Source of the DNA: Squalus acanthias
Lineage: Eukaryota
Direction: 5' to 3'
Assembly (NCBI GenBank): GCA_030390025.1
Contig: CM059432.1
Coordinates: 37,326,001-37,390,000 of the forward strand
DNA length: 64,000 nucleotides
Shown here piece by piece: positions 39,101-52,145 of the stretch (the stretch's first letter is position 1; each line of letters starts with the position of its first letter). The notes beneath the pieces were generated by a model. It did no database searches. It was given only the letters and a program-made list of their open reading frames with translations, and was not told the origin of the DNA. The position numbers and the translations under genes were made by a program.

Positions 39101-42100
39101 ACCCTGTTAATATTAACACACTCCCAGAGACTCTGTTAATATTAACACACTCCCAGAGAGACTCTGTTAATATTAACACACCCCAGAGAGACTCTGTTAA
39201 TATTAACACACTCCCAGAGAGACTCTGTTAATATTAACACACTCCCACAGAGACTCTGTTGATATTAACACATCCCAGAGAGACTCTGTTAATATTAACA
39301 CACTCCCAGAGAGACTGTTAATATTAACACACTCCCAGAGAGACTCTGTTAATATTAACACACTCCAGAGAGACTCTGTTAATATTAACACACTCCCAGA
39401 GAGACTCTGTTAGTATTAACACACTCCCAGAGAGACTCTGTTAGTATTAACACACTCCCAGAGAGACCCTGTTAATATTAACACACTCCCAGAGAGATTC
39501 TGTTAATATTAACACACTCCAGAGAGATCCTGTTAATATTAACACACTCCCAGAGAGACTCTGTTAATATTAACACACTCCCAGAGACCCTGTTAATATT
39601 AACACACTCCAGAGACACTCTGTTAATATTAACACACTCCAGAGAGACTCTGTTTACATTAACACACTCCAGAGAGACCCTATTAATATTAACACACTCC
39701 CAGAGAGACCCTGTTAATATTAACACACTCCAGAGTGACCCTGTTAATATTAACACACTCCCAGAGAGACCCTGTTAATATTAACACACTCCCAGAGAGA
39801 CCCTGTTAATATTAACACACTCCCAGAGAGACTCTGTTAATATTAACACACTCCCAGAGAGACTCTGTTAATATTAACACACTCCGAGAGAGACTGTTAA
39901 TATTAACACACTCCCAGAGAGACTCTGTTAATATTAACACACTCCCAGAGAGACACTGTTAATATTAACACACTCCCACAGAGACTCTGTTAATATTAAC
40001 ACACTCCAGAGAGACCCTTTTAATATTAACACACTTCCAGAGAGACTCTGTTCATATTAACACACTCCAGAGAGACCCTGTTAATATTAACACACTCCCA
40101 GAGACTCTGTTAATATTAACACACTCCCAGAGAGACTGTTAATATTAACACACTCCCAGAGAGACTCTGTTAATATTAACACACTCCAGAGAGACTCTGT
40201 TAATATTAACACACTCCCAGAGAGACTCTGTTAGTATTAACACACTCCCAGGGAGACCCTGTTAGTATTAACACACTCCCAGAGAGATCCTGTTAATATT
40301 AACACACTCCCAGAGACCCTGTTAATATTAACACACTCCAGAGACACTCTGTTAATATTAACACACTCCAGAGAGACTCTATTTATATTAACACACTCCC
40401 AGAGACTCTGTTAATATTAACACACTCCCAGAGAGACTCTGTTAATATTAACACACTCCCAGAGACCCTGTTAATATTAACACACTCCAGCGACACTCTG
40501 TTAATATTAACACACTCCAGAGAGACTCTGTTAATATTAACACACTCCCAGAGACTCTGTTAATATTAACACACTCCAGAGAGATCCTCTTCATATTAAC
40601 ACACTCCCAGAGAGACTCTGTTAATATTAACACACTCCCAGAGAGACCCTGTTAATATTAACACACTCCCAGAGAGACTCTGTTAATATTAACACACTCC
40701 CAGAGACCCTGTTAATATTAACACACTCCAGAGAGACTCTGTTAATATTAACACACTCCCAGAGAGACTCTGTTAATATTAACACACTCCCAGAGAGACT
40801 CTGTTAATATTAACACACTCCCAGAGAGACTCTGTTAATATTAACACACTCCCAGAGAGACCCTGTTAATATTAACACACTCCAGAGAGACTCTGTTAAT
40901 ATTAACACACTCCCAGAGAGACTCTGTTAATATTAACACACTCCCAGAGAGACTCTGTTAATATTAACACACTCCCAGAGAGACTCTGTTAGTATTAACA
41001 CACTCCCAGAGAGACTCTGTTAGTATTAACACACTCCCAGAGAGACCCTGTTAATATTAACACACTCCCAGAGAGATTCTGTTAATATTAACACACTCCA
41101 GAGAGATCCTGTTAATATTAACACACTCCCAGAGAGACTCTGTTAATATTAACACACTCCCAGAGACCCTGTTAATATTAACACACTCCAGAGACACTCT
41201 GTTAATATTAACACACTCCAGAGAGACTCTGTTTACATTAACACACTCCAGAGAGACCCTATTAATATTAACACACTCCCAGAGAGACCCTGTTAATATT
41301 AACACACTCCAGAGTGACCCTGTTAATATTAACACACTCCCAGAGAGACCCTGTTAATATTAACACACTCCCAGAGAGACCCTGTTAATATTAACACACT
41401 CCCAGAGAGACTCTGTTAATATTAACACACTCCCAGAGAGACTCTGTTAATATTAACACACTCCGAGAGAGACTGTTAATATTAACACACTCCCAGAGAG
41501 ACTCTGTTAATATTAACACACTCCCAGAGAGACACTGTTAATATTAACACACTCCCACAGAGACTCTGTTGATATTAACACACTCCAGAGTGACTCTGTT
41601 AATATTAACACACTCCCAGAGAGACTCTGTTAGTATTAACACACTCCCAGAGAGACTCTGTTAATATTAACACACTCCAGAGAGACCCTTTTAATATTAA
41701 CACACTTCCAGAGAGACTCTGTTCATATTAACACACTCCAGAGAGACCCTGTTAATATTAACACACTCCCAGAGACTCTGTTAATATTAACACACTCCCA
41801 GAGAGACTGTTAATATTAACACACTCCCAGAGAGACTCTGTTAATATTAACACACTCCAGAGAGACTCTGTTAATATTAACACACTCCCAGAGAGACTCT
41901 GTTAGTATTAACACACTCCCAGAGAGACCCTGTTAGTATTAACACACTCCCAGAGAGATCCTGTTAATATTAACACACTCCCAGAGACCCTGTTAATATT
42001 AACACACTCCAGAGACACTCTGTTAATATTAACACACTCCAGAGAGACTCTATTTATATTAACACACTCCCAGAGACTCTGTTAATATTAACACACTCCC

Positions 42101-45100
42101 AGAGAGACTCTGTTAATATTAACACACTCCCAGAGACCCTGTTAATATTAACACACTCCAGCGACACTCTGTTAATATTAACACACTCCAGAGAGACTCT
42201 GTTAATATTAACACACTCCCAGAGACTCTGTTAATATTAACACACTCCAGAGAGACTCTGTTAATATTAACACACTCCCAGACAGACTCTCTTAATATTA
42301 ACACACTCCAGAGAGACTCTGTTAATATTAACACACTCCCAGAGAGACTCTGTTAATATTAACACACTCCCAGAGACCCTGTTAATATTAACACACTCCA
42401 GAGAGACTCTGTTAATATTAACACACTCCCAGAGAGACTCTGATAATATTAACTCACTCCCAGAGAGACTCTCTTAATATTAACACACTCCAGAGAGACC
42501 CTGTTAATATTAACACTCTCCAGAGAGACCCTGTTAATATTAACACTCTCCAGAGAGACCCTCTTAATATTAACACTCTCCAGAGAGACTCTGTTAATAT
42601 TAACACACTCCCAGAGAGACTCTGTTAATATTAACTCACTCCCAGAGAGACTCTGTTAATATTAACACACTCCCAGAGAGACTCTGTTAATATTAACACA
42701 CTCCCAGAGAGACCCTGTTAATATTAACACACTCCAGAGAGACCCTGTTAATATTAACACACTCCCAGAGAGACTCTGTTAATATTAACACTCTCCAGAG
42801 AGACCCTGTTAATATTAACACTCTCCAGAGAGACTCTGTTAATATTAACACACTCCCAGAGAGACCCTGTTAATATTAACACTCTCCAGAGAAATTCTGT
42901 TAATATTAACACACTCCCAGAGAGACTCTCTTAATATTAACACACTCCAGAGAGACCCTGTTAATATTAACACTCTCCAGAGAGACCCTGTTAATATTAA
43001 CACTCTCCAGAGAGACCCTGTTAATATTAACACTCTCCAGAGAGACTCTGTTAATATTAACACACTCCCAGAGAGACCCTGTTAATATTAACACACTCCC
43101 AGAGACCCTGTTAATATTAACACACTCCCAGAGAGACTCTGTTAATATTAACACACTCCCAGAGACTCTGTTAATATTAACACACTCCCAGAGAGATTCT
43201 GTTTATATTAACACACTCCAGAGAGACTCTGTTAATATTAACACACTCCCAGAGACCCTGTTAATATTAACACACTCCAGAGAGACTCTGTTAATATTAA
43301 CACACTCCCAGAGAGACCCTGTTAATATTAACACACTCCCAGAGACCCTGTTAATATTAACACACTCCCAGAGAGACTCTGTTAATATTAACACACTCCC
43401 AGTGACCCTGTTAATATTAACACACTCCCAGAGAGACTCTGTTAATATTAACACACTCCAGAGAGACCCTGTTAATATTAACACACTCCAGAGAGACACT
43501 GTTAATATTAACACACTCCCAGAGAGACTCTGTTAATATTAACACACTCCCAGAGAGACTCTGTTAATATTAACACACTCCCAGAGAGACTCTGTTAATA
43601 TTAACACACTCCAGAGAGACTCTGTTAATATTAACACACTCCAGAGAGACTCTGTTAATATTAACACACTCCCAGAGAGACCCTCTTAATATTAACACAC
43701 TCCCAGAGAGACTCTGTTAATATTAACACACTCCCAGAGAGACTCTGTTAATATTAACACACTCCAGAGAGACCCTGTTAATATTAACACACTCCAGAGG
43801 GACCCTGTTAGTATTAACACACTCCCAGAGACTCTGTTAATATTAACACACTCCCAGAGAGACTCTGTTAATATTAACACACTCCCAGAGAGACTCTGTT
43901 AATATTAACACACCCCAGAGAGACTCTGTTAATATTAACACACTTCCAGAGAGACTCTGTTAATATTAACACACTCCCAGAGAGACCCTGTTAATATTAA
44001 CACACTCCCAGAGAGACCCTGTTAATATTAACACACTCCAGAGAGACCCTGTTAATATTAACACACTCCAGCGAGACTCTGTTAATATTAACACACTCCC
44101 AGAGAGACCCTGTTAATATTAACACACTCCCAGAGAGACTCTGTTAATATTAACACACTCCCAGAGAGACTCTGTTAATATTAACACACTCCCAGAGACC
44201 TTGTTAATATTAACACACTCCAGAGAGACTCTGTTAATATTAACACACTCCAGAGAGACTCTGTTAATATGAACACACTCCAGAGAGACTCTGTTAATAT
44301 TAACACACTCCCAGAGAGACCCTGTTAATATTAACACTCTCCAGAGAAATTCTGTTAATATTAACACACTCCCAGAGAGACTCTCTTAATATTAACACAC
44401 TCCAGAGAGACCCTGTTAATATTAACACTCTCCAGAGAGACCCTGTTAATATTAACACTCTCCAGAGAGACCCTGTTAATATTAACACTCTCCAGAGAGA
44501 CTCTGTTAATATTAACACACTCCCAGAGAGACCCTGTTAATATTAACACACTCCCAGAGACCCTGTTAATATTAACACACTCCCAGAGAGACTCTGTTAA
44601 TATTAACGCACTCCCAGAGACTCTGTTAATATTAACACACTCCCAGAGAGATTCTGTTTATATTAACACACTCCAGAGAGACTCTGTTAATATTAACACA
44701 CTCCCAGAGACCCTGTTAATATTAACACACTCCAGAGAGACTCTGTTAATATTAACACACTCCCAGAGAGACCCTGTTAATATTAACACACTCCCAGAGA
44801 CCCTGTTAATATTAACACACTCCCAGAGAGACTCTGTTAATATTAACACACTCCCAGTGACCCTGTTAATATTAACACACTCCCAGAGAGACTCTGTTAA
44901 TATTAACACACTCCAGAGAGACCCTGTTAATATTAACACACTCCAGAGAGACACTGTTAATATTAACACACTCCCAGAGAGACTCTGTTAATATTAACAC
45001 ACTCCCAGAGAGACTCTGTTAATATTAACACACTCCCAGAGAGACTCTGTTAATATTAACACACTCCAGAGAGACTCTGTTAATATTAACACACTCCAGA

Positions 45101-45777
45101 GAGACTCTGTTAATATTAACACACTCCCAGAGAGACCCTCTTAATATTAACACACTCCCAGAGAGACTCTGTTAATATTAACACACTCCCAGAGAGACTC
45201 TGTTAATATTAACACACTCCAGAGAGACCCTGTTAATATTAACACACTCCAGAGGGACCCTGTTAGTATTAACACACTCCCAGAGACTCTGTTAATATTA
45301 ACACACTCCCAGAGAGACTCTGTTAATATTAACACACTCCCAGAGAGACTCTGTTAATATTAACACACCCCAGAGAGACTCTGTTAATATTAACACACTT
45401 CCAGAGAGACTCTGTTAATATTAACACACTCCCAGAGAGACCCTGTTAATATTAACACACTCCCAGAGAGACCCTGTTAATATTAACACACTCCAGAGAG
45501 ACCCTGTTAATATTAACACACTCCAGCGAGACTCTGTTAATATTAACACACTCCCAGAGAGACCCTGTTAATATTAACACACTCCCAGAGAGACTCTGTT
45601 AATATTAACACACTCCCAGAGAGACTCTGTTAATATTAACACACTCCCAGAGACCTTGTTAATATTAACACACTCCAGAGAGACTCTGTTAATATTAACA
45701 CACTCCAGAGAGACTCTGTTAATATGAACACACTCCAGAGAGACTCTGTTAATATTAACACACTCCAGAGAGACTCT

Positions 45778-46508
45778 GGGGTAAAAATTGAGTCGCGCCC
45801 CATTTGGGGCGCTAACCTCGCCGGGGCGCGACTTTAAGCGCCCCGAAAAAATTAGCGGCCCCGCGCCGGAACTTCAGTGGTTGCGCCCCAAGAGGGAAGC
45901 GGGGCGCAACTGGAAGCAGCCCGCATCCCTCTTGGGGCGCTGCGAGTGAATATCCTGGCGCTACGTGCCGCGGTATTGCAGGCCTTCCTCCCCTTCTTAA
46001 AGGGGAGGGACCCTGCGCAGCGCGAACCGGTTCCCAGCTGGGCCCCCAGGGATCGGGAGTGCCGGCAAAAGAGCCCGGCACTCAAGAGAAGTGCCGGGCT
46101 CTTGGAGCGCAGCCGGCACTTCACGGTGGGGGGGCTTCACGGGGGCCGGGGGCAGGTGCTGGCAGGCGGCCAGCAACAAAAATGGCCGCCTGCCACCTCC
46201 GCTTTAAATATCGCCGCCCCGGCCGCACGTACGCCTCCCTGAACCCGTCGGACATAGCGTCTGGCGGTAAATCAGGGGGCGCGACTGAAGATCACGGCCG
46301 GGGCGCGAGCGGGGTGCTGCGCACGGCGATGACGTCATCGCCGGCGGCGCAGCGCCACAGGGCGCTACCGGCTGCCGCCGCCGCTAACCTACCACTAAAT
46401 TTTTCGGGAGGCGTGGGCGGCGCTGCGCCCGGGCGTTAGCTGCTTTACGCCCCATTAGCGCCCTCTTAAGGCGCTAACGGGAGGCGCAAGCAGCTGAATT
46501 TTTCCCCC
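45778..46508 (+). mobile_element. 731-bp GC-rich Harbinger-type MITE (MITE B) inserted in the satellite
   Basis: GGGGTAAAAATTGAG ... CTGAATTTTTCCCCC; TCT TSD; terminal ~55 bp nearly the same as the right end of MITE A. Confidence 0.9.
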
Positions 46509-46694
46509 TCTGTTAATATTAACACACTCCAGAGAGACTCTGTTAATATTAACACACTCCAGAGAGACCCTGTTAATATTAACACACTCCGAGAGAGACT
46601 CTGTTAATATTAACACACTCCAGAGAGACTCTGTTAATATTAACACACTCCCAGAGAGACACTGTTAATATTAACACACTCCCAGAGAGACTCT

Positions 46695-47587
46695 GGGGGA
46701 AAAATTCAGTTAGTTGTGCCTCCCGTTAGCGCCTTAAGAGGGCGCTAATGGGGCGCAAAGCATCTTGCGCCCAGGCGCGGCGAAGTATGCACCGCTCGCG
46801 AAATTAACTAGACATTTTGCGGCGGCGCTAAACACTACCGCCACGATCTCCTGCGCCGGCAGATCATGACGTCACTCGAGTGCGCAACGCCCCGGTATCG
46901 CCCCGGAGTGGAAATTGAGTGGCGCCCCCTGCCTTACCGCCTGACGCTAGCAACGACAGGTTGAGGGGAGCGTTCTGCAGTCATGAAGGGAAAGGGGGAG
47001 CGCTATTTAAAGGTGACCGCTTCCTGCCTTTTATTGTTCGTGCCATTTTTGAACTACGCATTCTGAGAGAGAGAGGGAGAGACTTCTGGAGAGATTCAAC
47101 GTTGTGCGAAGGAGTTTTGGGTATTGAGCAGCACTTTGCAGGTTCATTTTGATTTGCCATTCCTTGTATCGATTTAGCAGAGACTGTGGGAGCTTCCCTC
47201 TGAGCTCTTTGCCTGGTACTCTCCATTGTTCTTTCCAGCACATTTGATGTGCAAGTCTCTCCAGGCCAAGATTCAAGGCTGCAATGAGCAGGATGTGGAT
47301 GGAAAGCAAGATTAACCATCCCCTTTAAGAACTGGCCCATGCCATTGTGTGTGTGTTCCATTGCTGACTGACATTACATGAGCTTCGCCAGCGCTCTGAG
47401 GTAGCGCCTCGCTCCTCGGCCTTTGCGCCTTAAGACAGTTGTGAAGCGCCTGATTTAGCGCTCCAATCACCTCCAGGGGCGATAAAAGTCAAGTTTGCAG
47501 TCGGTGGCGATAATTAGCGCCAGGCGCTAATCTTTGCGCCCGGCCGATAATTGCGCCCCAAATGGGGCGATACTGAATTTCTCCCCC
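46695..47587 (-). mobile_element. 893-bp Harbinger-type MITE A, second copy, inverted relative to 12657-13549
   Basis: GGGGGAAAAATTCAG ... CTGAATTTCTCCCCC; TCT TSD; same length as and colinear with the reverse complement of 12657-13549. Confidence 0.93.
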
Positions 47588-49584
47588 TCTGTTAATATTA
47601 ACACACTCCAGAGAGAGTCTGTTAATATTAACACACTCCAGAGAGAGTCTGTTAATATTAACACACTCCCAGAGAGACTCTGTTAATATTAACACACCCC
47701 AGAGAGACTCTGTTAATATTAACACACTCCAGAGAGACCCTGTTAATATTAACACACTCCCAGAGAGACCCTGTTAATATTAACACACTCCCAGAGAGAC
47801 CCTGTTAATATTAACACACTCCCAGAGCGACTCTGTTAATATTAACACACTCCCAGAGACCCTGTTAATATTAACACACTTCCAGAGATCCTGTTAATAT
47901 TAACACACTCCCAGTGACCCTATTAATATTAAGACACTCCAGAGAGACTCTGTTAATATTAATACACTCCAGAGAGACTCTGTTAATATTAACACACTCC
48001 CAGAGAGACTCTGTTAATATTAACACACTCCCAGAGAGACCTTGTTAATATTAACACACTCCCAGAGAGACCCTGTTAATATTAACACACTCCAGAGAGA
48101 TCCTGTTAATATTAACACACTCCCAGAGAGACCCTGTTAATATTAACACACTCCCAGAGAGACTCTGTTAAGATTAACACACTCCCAGAGACCCTGTTAA
48201 TATTAACACACTCCAGAGAGACCCTGCAAATATTAACACACTCCCAGATACCCCCTGCAAATATTGACACAGTTCCAGATACCCCTGCAAATATTGATAC
48301 ACTCCCAGATACCCCCTGCAAATATTGACACACTCCCAGACACACACTGTTAATATTGACTCATTCCCAGGGACGCCCTGTTAATATTAACACATTCTCA
48401 GGGAAGTTTCGTAATGTTGACATACTCCTGAGGACCCTCTGGTAATGTTCATACTCCCATGGACCCCCTGTTAATATTAACACACTCCCAGGGATACTTG
48501 GTACATATTATCACACTCCCAGGTACCTCCTGCATTTCATGTTGGCCCCTTTAAGTCAGTGGAAAGAGGCTTGCAAAAGTTGCAACTCATCAATCAGAGC
48601 TGGATTCAACCCAAGCCTCAGAAAAATAGGACCACATGCTAATTTATCGTGATACCCAATCCCCAACTTTCTAAACTATTAATTTCTGTTACATCAATTT
48701 CCCATGGATCAAACCCTTCCCATAACTCCCATTGAGGGTTACTTACACCTCTCTCTCTCTGCGTTCCTATTACCTTTCTGCCTCTCACTATATTACACCT
48801 CTCCCTCTCTCATTCTGCATTCGACCTATTCCTCGATCACTCTGTGTTAGATCACTCCCCTGGAGGCAACAAGCTAAATTAGCACATTTTCACGTTCGTT
48901 CCTGTGTTTTTTGCATTGCTCAGCTGTGAATGTTCAGCCTGGTTTAAAACCCCAAGAACAAATAATATAAAATGATTTACCAGTGAACAGGAGGAAACTT
49001 TGGCCAGTTGGCTTCATGGAGAATTTCATTCTTCAGAACTTGCAGTGATAGCTGTCATTGAACCCACCTCTGGTAGTATGAACCAAGTGAACTTGGCACA
49101 ACGGGACCTGGGTTATATCACCGATTGGGAGCAGGCCCCTCAGTGGGGTGTTTATAGAGTCTGTGCAGGATGCTCATTAGCACAGAGACAGACAGTGCTC
49201 TCTGTGTAATCAATAATGAAAGAGCAGTTTATGTGAAATCTAATTAAGGAGTCCTGTCGTTGTTGACCTTTCTCGTTTCCCTCGTGTGATGAAGAGAAAC
49301 AACTTTCAAAGCAAATGTTTCACAACCTCTTGTCACTCAAGGTTGTGTCAGTCAGATGCAAACAATTTAATCAAAGCTGGGAACTGGCTGGTGAAGGAGT
49401 GCTGTGAGGATTAAGTAGGAGTGACCCAGCCTCAGCCTGTGGTTTCCATGGAGACGAGTTGCTAAATAGCTGTTCAAAATTAGCCAGAGATTCTATGAAA
49501 GATTTTCAAACATGACTCATTTTCCCCTCCCAGTTTTCTCCCCCTCTCTCCTGAGGGGACAAGGCACCTTCCAGTACCACACAT

Positions 49585-50855
49585 GGTGATGATGCGGAGA
49601 TGCCGGTGTTGGACTGGGGTGGACAAAAATGAGAAGTCGCACAACACCAGGTTATAGTCCAACAGATTTATTTAAAATTACAAGCTTTCGGAGCTGTCGC
49701 CCCTTCGTCAGGTAAAGGTACAATGAAGGAATCTACAATATTACACAGTATATAAACACAGAAACTGCAGAGATACAATCTTTGAGGGAAGCATTACTTC
49801 AAAGACACACCAGAGCACAGCCAAGACAATGAGATGGATCACAGGGGGTCCAACGTGTCAAATCCTGCTGTCTGCAGTTGAGCTTTTAACCTTTTTTTGG
49901 GTTTTTTTTGTGTTTTTTTTAAAAACTGGAAAGACAGACAACGATGTCGAGTCACGTTCTGTAGCGTGACATGAACCCGATATCCCTATTGAGGCCGTCC
50001 TCATGGGTGCGGATCTTGGCTATCAGTTTCTGCTCGATGATTTTGCGTTGTGTGTCTCGAAGGCCGCCTTGGAGAACGCTAACCTGCAGATCCGAGGCTG
50101 AATGTCCTTGACTGCTGAAGTGTTCCCCGACTAGGAGGTAACAATCCTGCCTGGCGATTGTTGCGCTGTGTCCGTTGATACGTTGTCTTAGTGTCTGCAT
50201 GGTCTCGCCGATGTACCATGCTCTGGGGCATCCTTTCCTGCAACGTATCAGGTAGACAACGTTGGCCGAGTCACATGAGTATGTACCATGTACCTGGTGG
50301 GTAGTGTCCTCACGTGTGATGACGGTATCTGTGTTGATGATCTGGCATGTCTTGCAGAGGTTGCCGTGGCAGGGTTGTGTGGTGTCGTGGTTGCTGTTCT
50401 CCTGACAGCTGGGTAATTTGCTGCGAACGATGGTACTTTTGAGGTTAGGTGGCTGCTTGAAGGCGAGTAGTGGAGGCATGGGGATGGCCTTAGCAAGGTG
50501 TTCATCGTCATCGATGACATGTTGAAGGCTGCGAAGAACATGGCGTAGTTTCTCCGCTCCGGGGAAGTACTGGACGACGTAGGGTACTCTGTTGGTTGTG
50601 TCCCGTGTTCGCCTTCTGAGGAGGTCTATGCGGTTTTTCGCTGTGGCCCGTCGGAACTGTCGATCGACGAGTCGAGCGTCATATCCCGTTCTTACGAGGG
50701 CGTCTTTCAGTGTCCGTAGGTGTCCATCGCGTTCCTCCTCATCTGAGCAGATCCTGTGTATTCGCAGGGCTTGTCCATAGGGGATGGCTTCTTTAACGTG
50801 GTTAGGGTGGAAGCTGGAGAAGTGGAGCATCGTGAGGTTGTCCGTGGGCTTGGTG
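49585..50855 (-). mobile_element. 5'-truncated Penelope-like retroelement (RT C-terminus plus GIY-YIG endonuclease)
   Basis: ORF 49952-50935(-): KPTD...HFSSFHP...IPYGQALRIHRICS, C..CKTC linker, NVVYLIRC...WYIGET...LRQRINGH, GLNRD. Confidence 0.95.
49678..49715 (-). ncRNA. Minimal type I hammerhead ribozyme motif in the Penelope 3' region
   Basis: Minus strand TTAC-CTGACGA-A-GGGGC-gaca-GCTCC-GAAAG-CTT-GTAA: stem I TTAC/GTAA, stem II GGGGC/GCTCC, loopless palindromic stem III. Confidence 0.7.
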
Positions 50856-51594
50856 AGTGTTGGCTGCAATAGGTGGCACAACTGAGCACCATCCTTGTCC
50901 TTGCCTAACCTCCATTTACTCACTCTTTTCAGCATCAGTTACTGGATAGGATCAGGAACCAGGCACTCTGACACAGTGGTACAGATCAGCCTCGATCTGA
51001 TTGAATGGCAGAACAGGCTTGAGGGGCTGAATGGCCTCCTGCTGTTCCTATGTCCTAGCTGCGAGTAGATAACTCAGCATGTGGTCCTTGGACCTCCCTG
51101 TTCTGTTTTGGTCAGCTACTCACTGGGTAATCTGACTGGGCCACTGGGGCAGGTTCCTCCCCTTGCCCTCTGAGGTTGACTCTTTCTAGGGTACAGTTTC
51201 CATGTGCCCTCAGCTACCCTCTGGTTTCTCAACGCCACGGTGCCTTTCATCTTGTGTGTGCCTCGGCAGCAAGTCTTGTTGGGCTATTCATCCACAGGGG
51301 CATCACAGTCCAGTCTGATCCTATCCCTTATTTGACATCTACTTTCCAGCAGGTGTCACAACCAGGAGCGGGGATTCAAGATGTTTCCGTCCCCAACTCC
51401 TTAGCCCAGTGGTACTGAGGCCAATTGTAGCTATCAGCGGTCAGTCGCCCCGCTCTATAATGATCAGCTAACTCGGCACAGACTGTGGGGGGGTGGGTGG
51501 CGGGTGTTGAAATTCGTTTGCAGTTGATTGAAATTTGATTCTACAAGAATGTTGCCGGATAAAGCAGCTTTCTCCCTGTCTAGTGCAGTAACTG

Positions 51595-52145
51595 GTGGCT
51601 CAGGTGGTGTTAGAATACTGGTTATGGTACTGGGCCAGTAATCTAGAGGTTGTGAGTTCTAAAATCCCACCAGGGCAATTTGGGAAACTGAATTCAATAT
51701 ATATCTGGTAATTTGTGGGCTGGCACCAGACAAAATGACCATCAAAGCTACCAGATTATTGTCACTAATGTCCTTCAGGGAAGGGAACTGGCCTCTCCTA
51801 TCCGGTGTGGGCCCAATTTTCCCTTAAAGCTGCGAGGTCACACAGCTGTCTGGAGCTCTTGCGCAGGCCACTTGCCGGCTTTACAATAGGAAAAAGCGCG
51901 CATGTGCGGGAGTTTGAATGGGCTGCGCAGCCTGTTAAAGGGGCCGCCCAACCCAAAATAAATGTAAAAAAATAGACTTGCATTTATATAGGGAACATTG
52001 TCTGGGCGTACATGTGACTCCAATCCCACACTCTGTGATTGACTCTTAATGTATCAAGCCACCATTTGTAAATGTGCTCAGCAGCTTTTCAGGATGGGCA
52101 ATAAGTGCTGGCCTTGTCAGCATCTCCACATCCTGAAAAAATAAT
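51595..52145 (+). mobile_element. tRNA-derived SINE sharing its 3' tail with LINE family B
   Basis: gtgagttctaaaatcccacc B-box-like head; tail gggcaataagtgctggccttgtcagc...ccacatcc; related copies at ~56855-57130 (+) and ~60880-61215 (-). Confidence 0.7.
51814..52000. mobile_element. 187-bp putative hAT-type MITE inside the SINE
   Basis: 11-bp TIRs CAATTTTCCCT/AGGGAACATTG with one mismatch; 8-bp flanks tgtgggcc/tctgggcg match 6/8. Confidence 0.55.

Larger units (their letters stand above)
24884..48520. repeat. Tandem satellite of 30/31-bp units (some 29 bp), consensus TGTTAATATTAACACACTCC(C)AGAGAGAC(C/T)C, roughly 700 copies
   Basis: Directly visible; interrupted only by MITEs at 45778 and 46695; degenerates after ~48230. 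Copy number estimated from length. Confidence 0.99.

Noticed and set aside
28125..45335. Many ORFs of the MLILTGSLWS/ECVNINRVSL type
   Set aside because: These are translations of 30-bp satellite units and frameshift at each 31- or 29-bp unit.
45812..46439. GC-rich ORFs or CpG-island promoter
   Set aside because: They lie wholly inside a TIR- and TSD-bounded MITE; the open frames reflect GC content.
24884..48520. CRISPR-like array of short palindromic repeats
   Set aside because: Units are head-to-tail with no unique spacers, there are no cas genes, and the context is a vertebrate intron.
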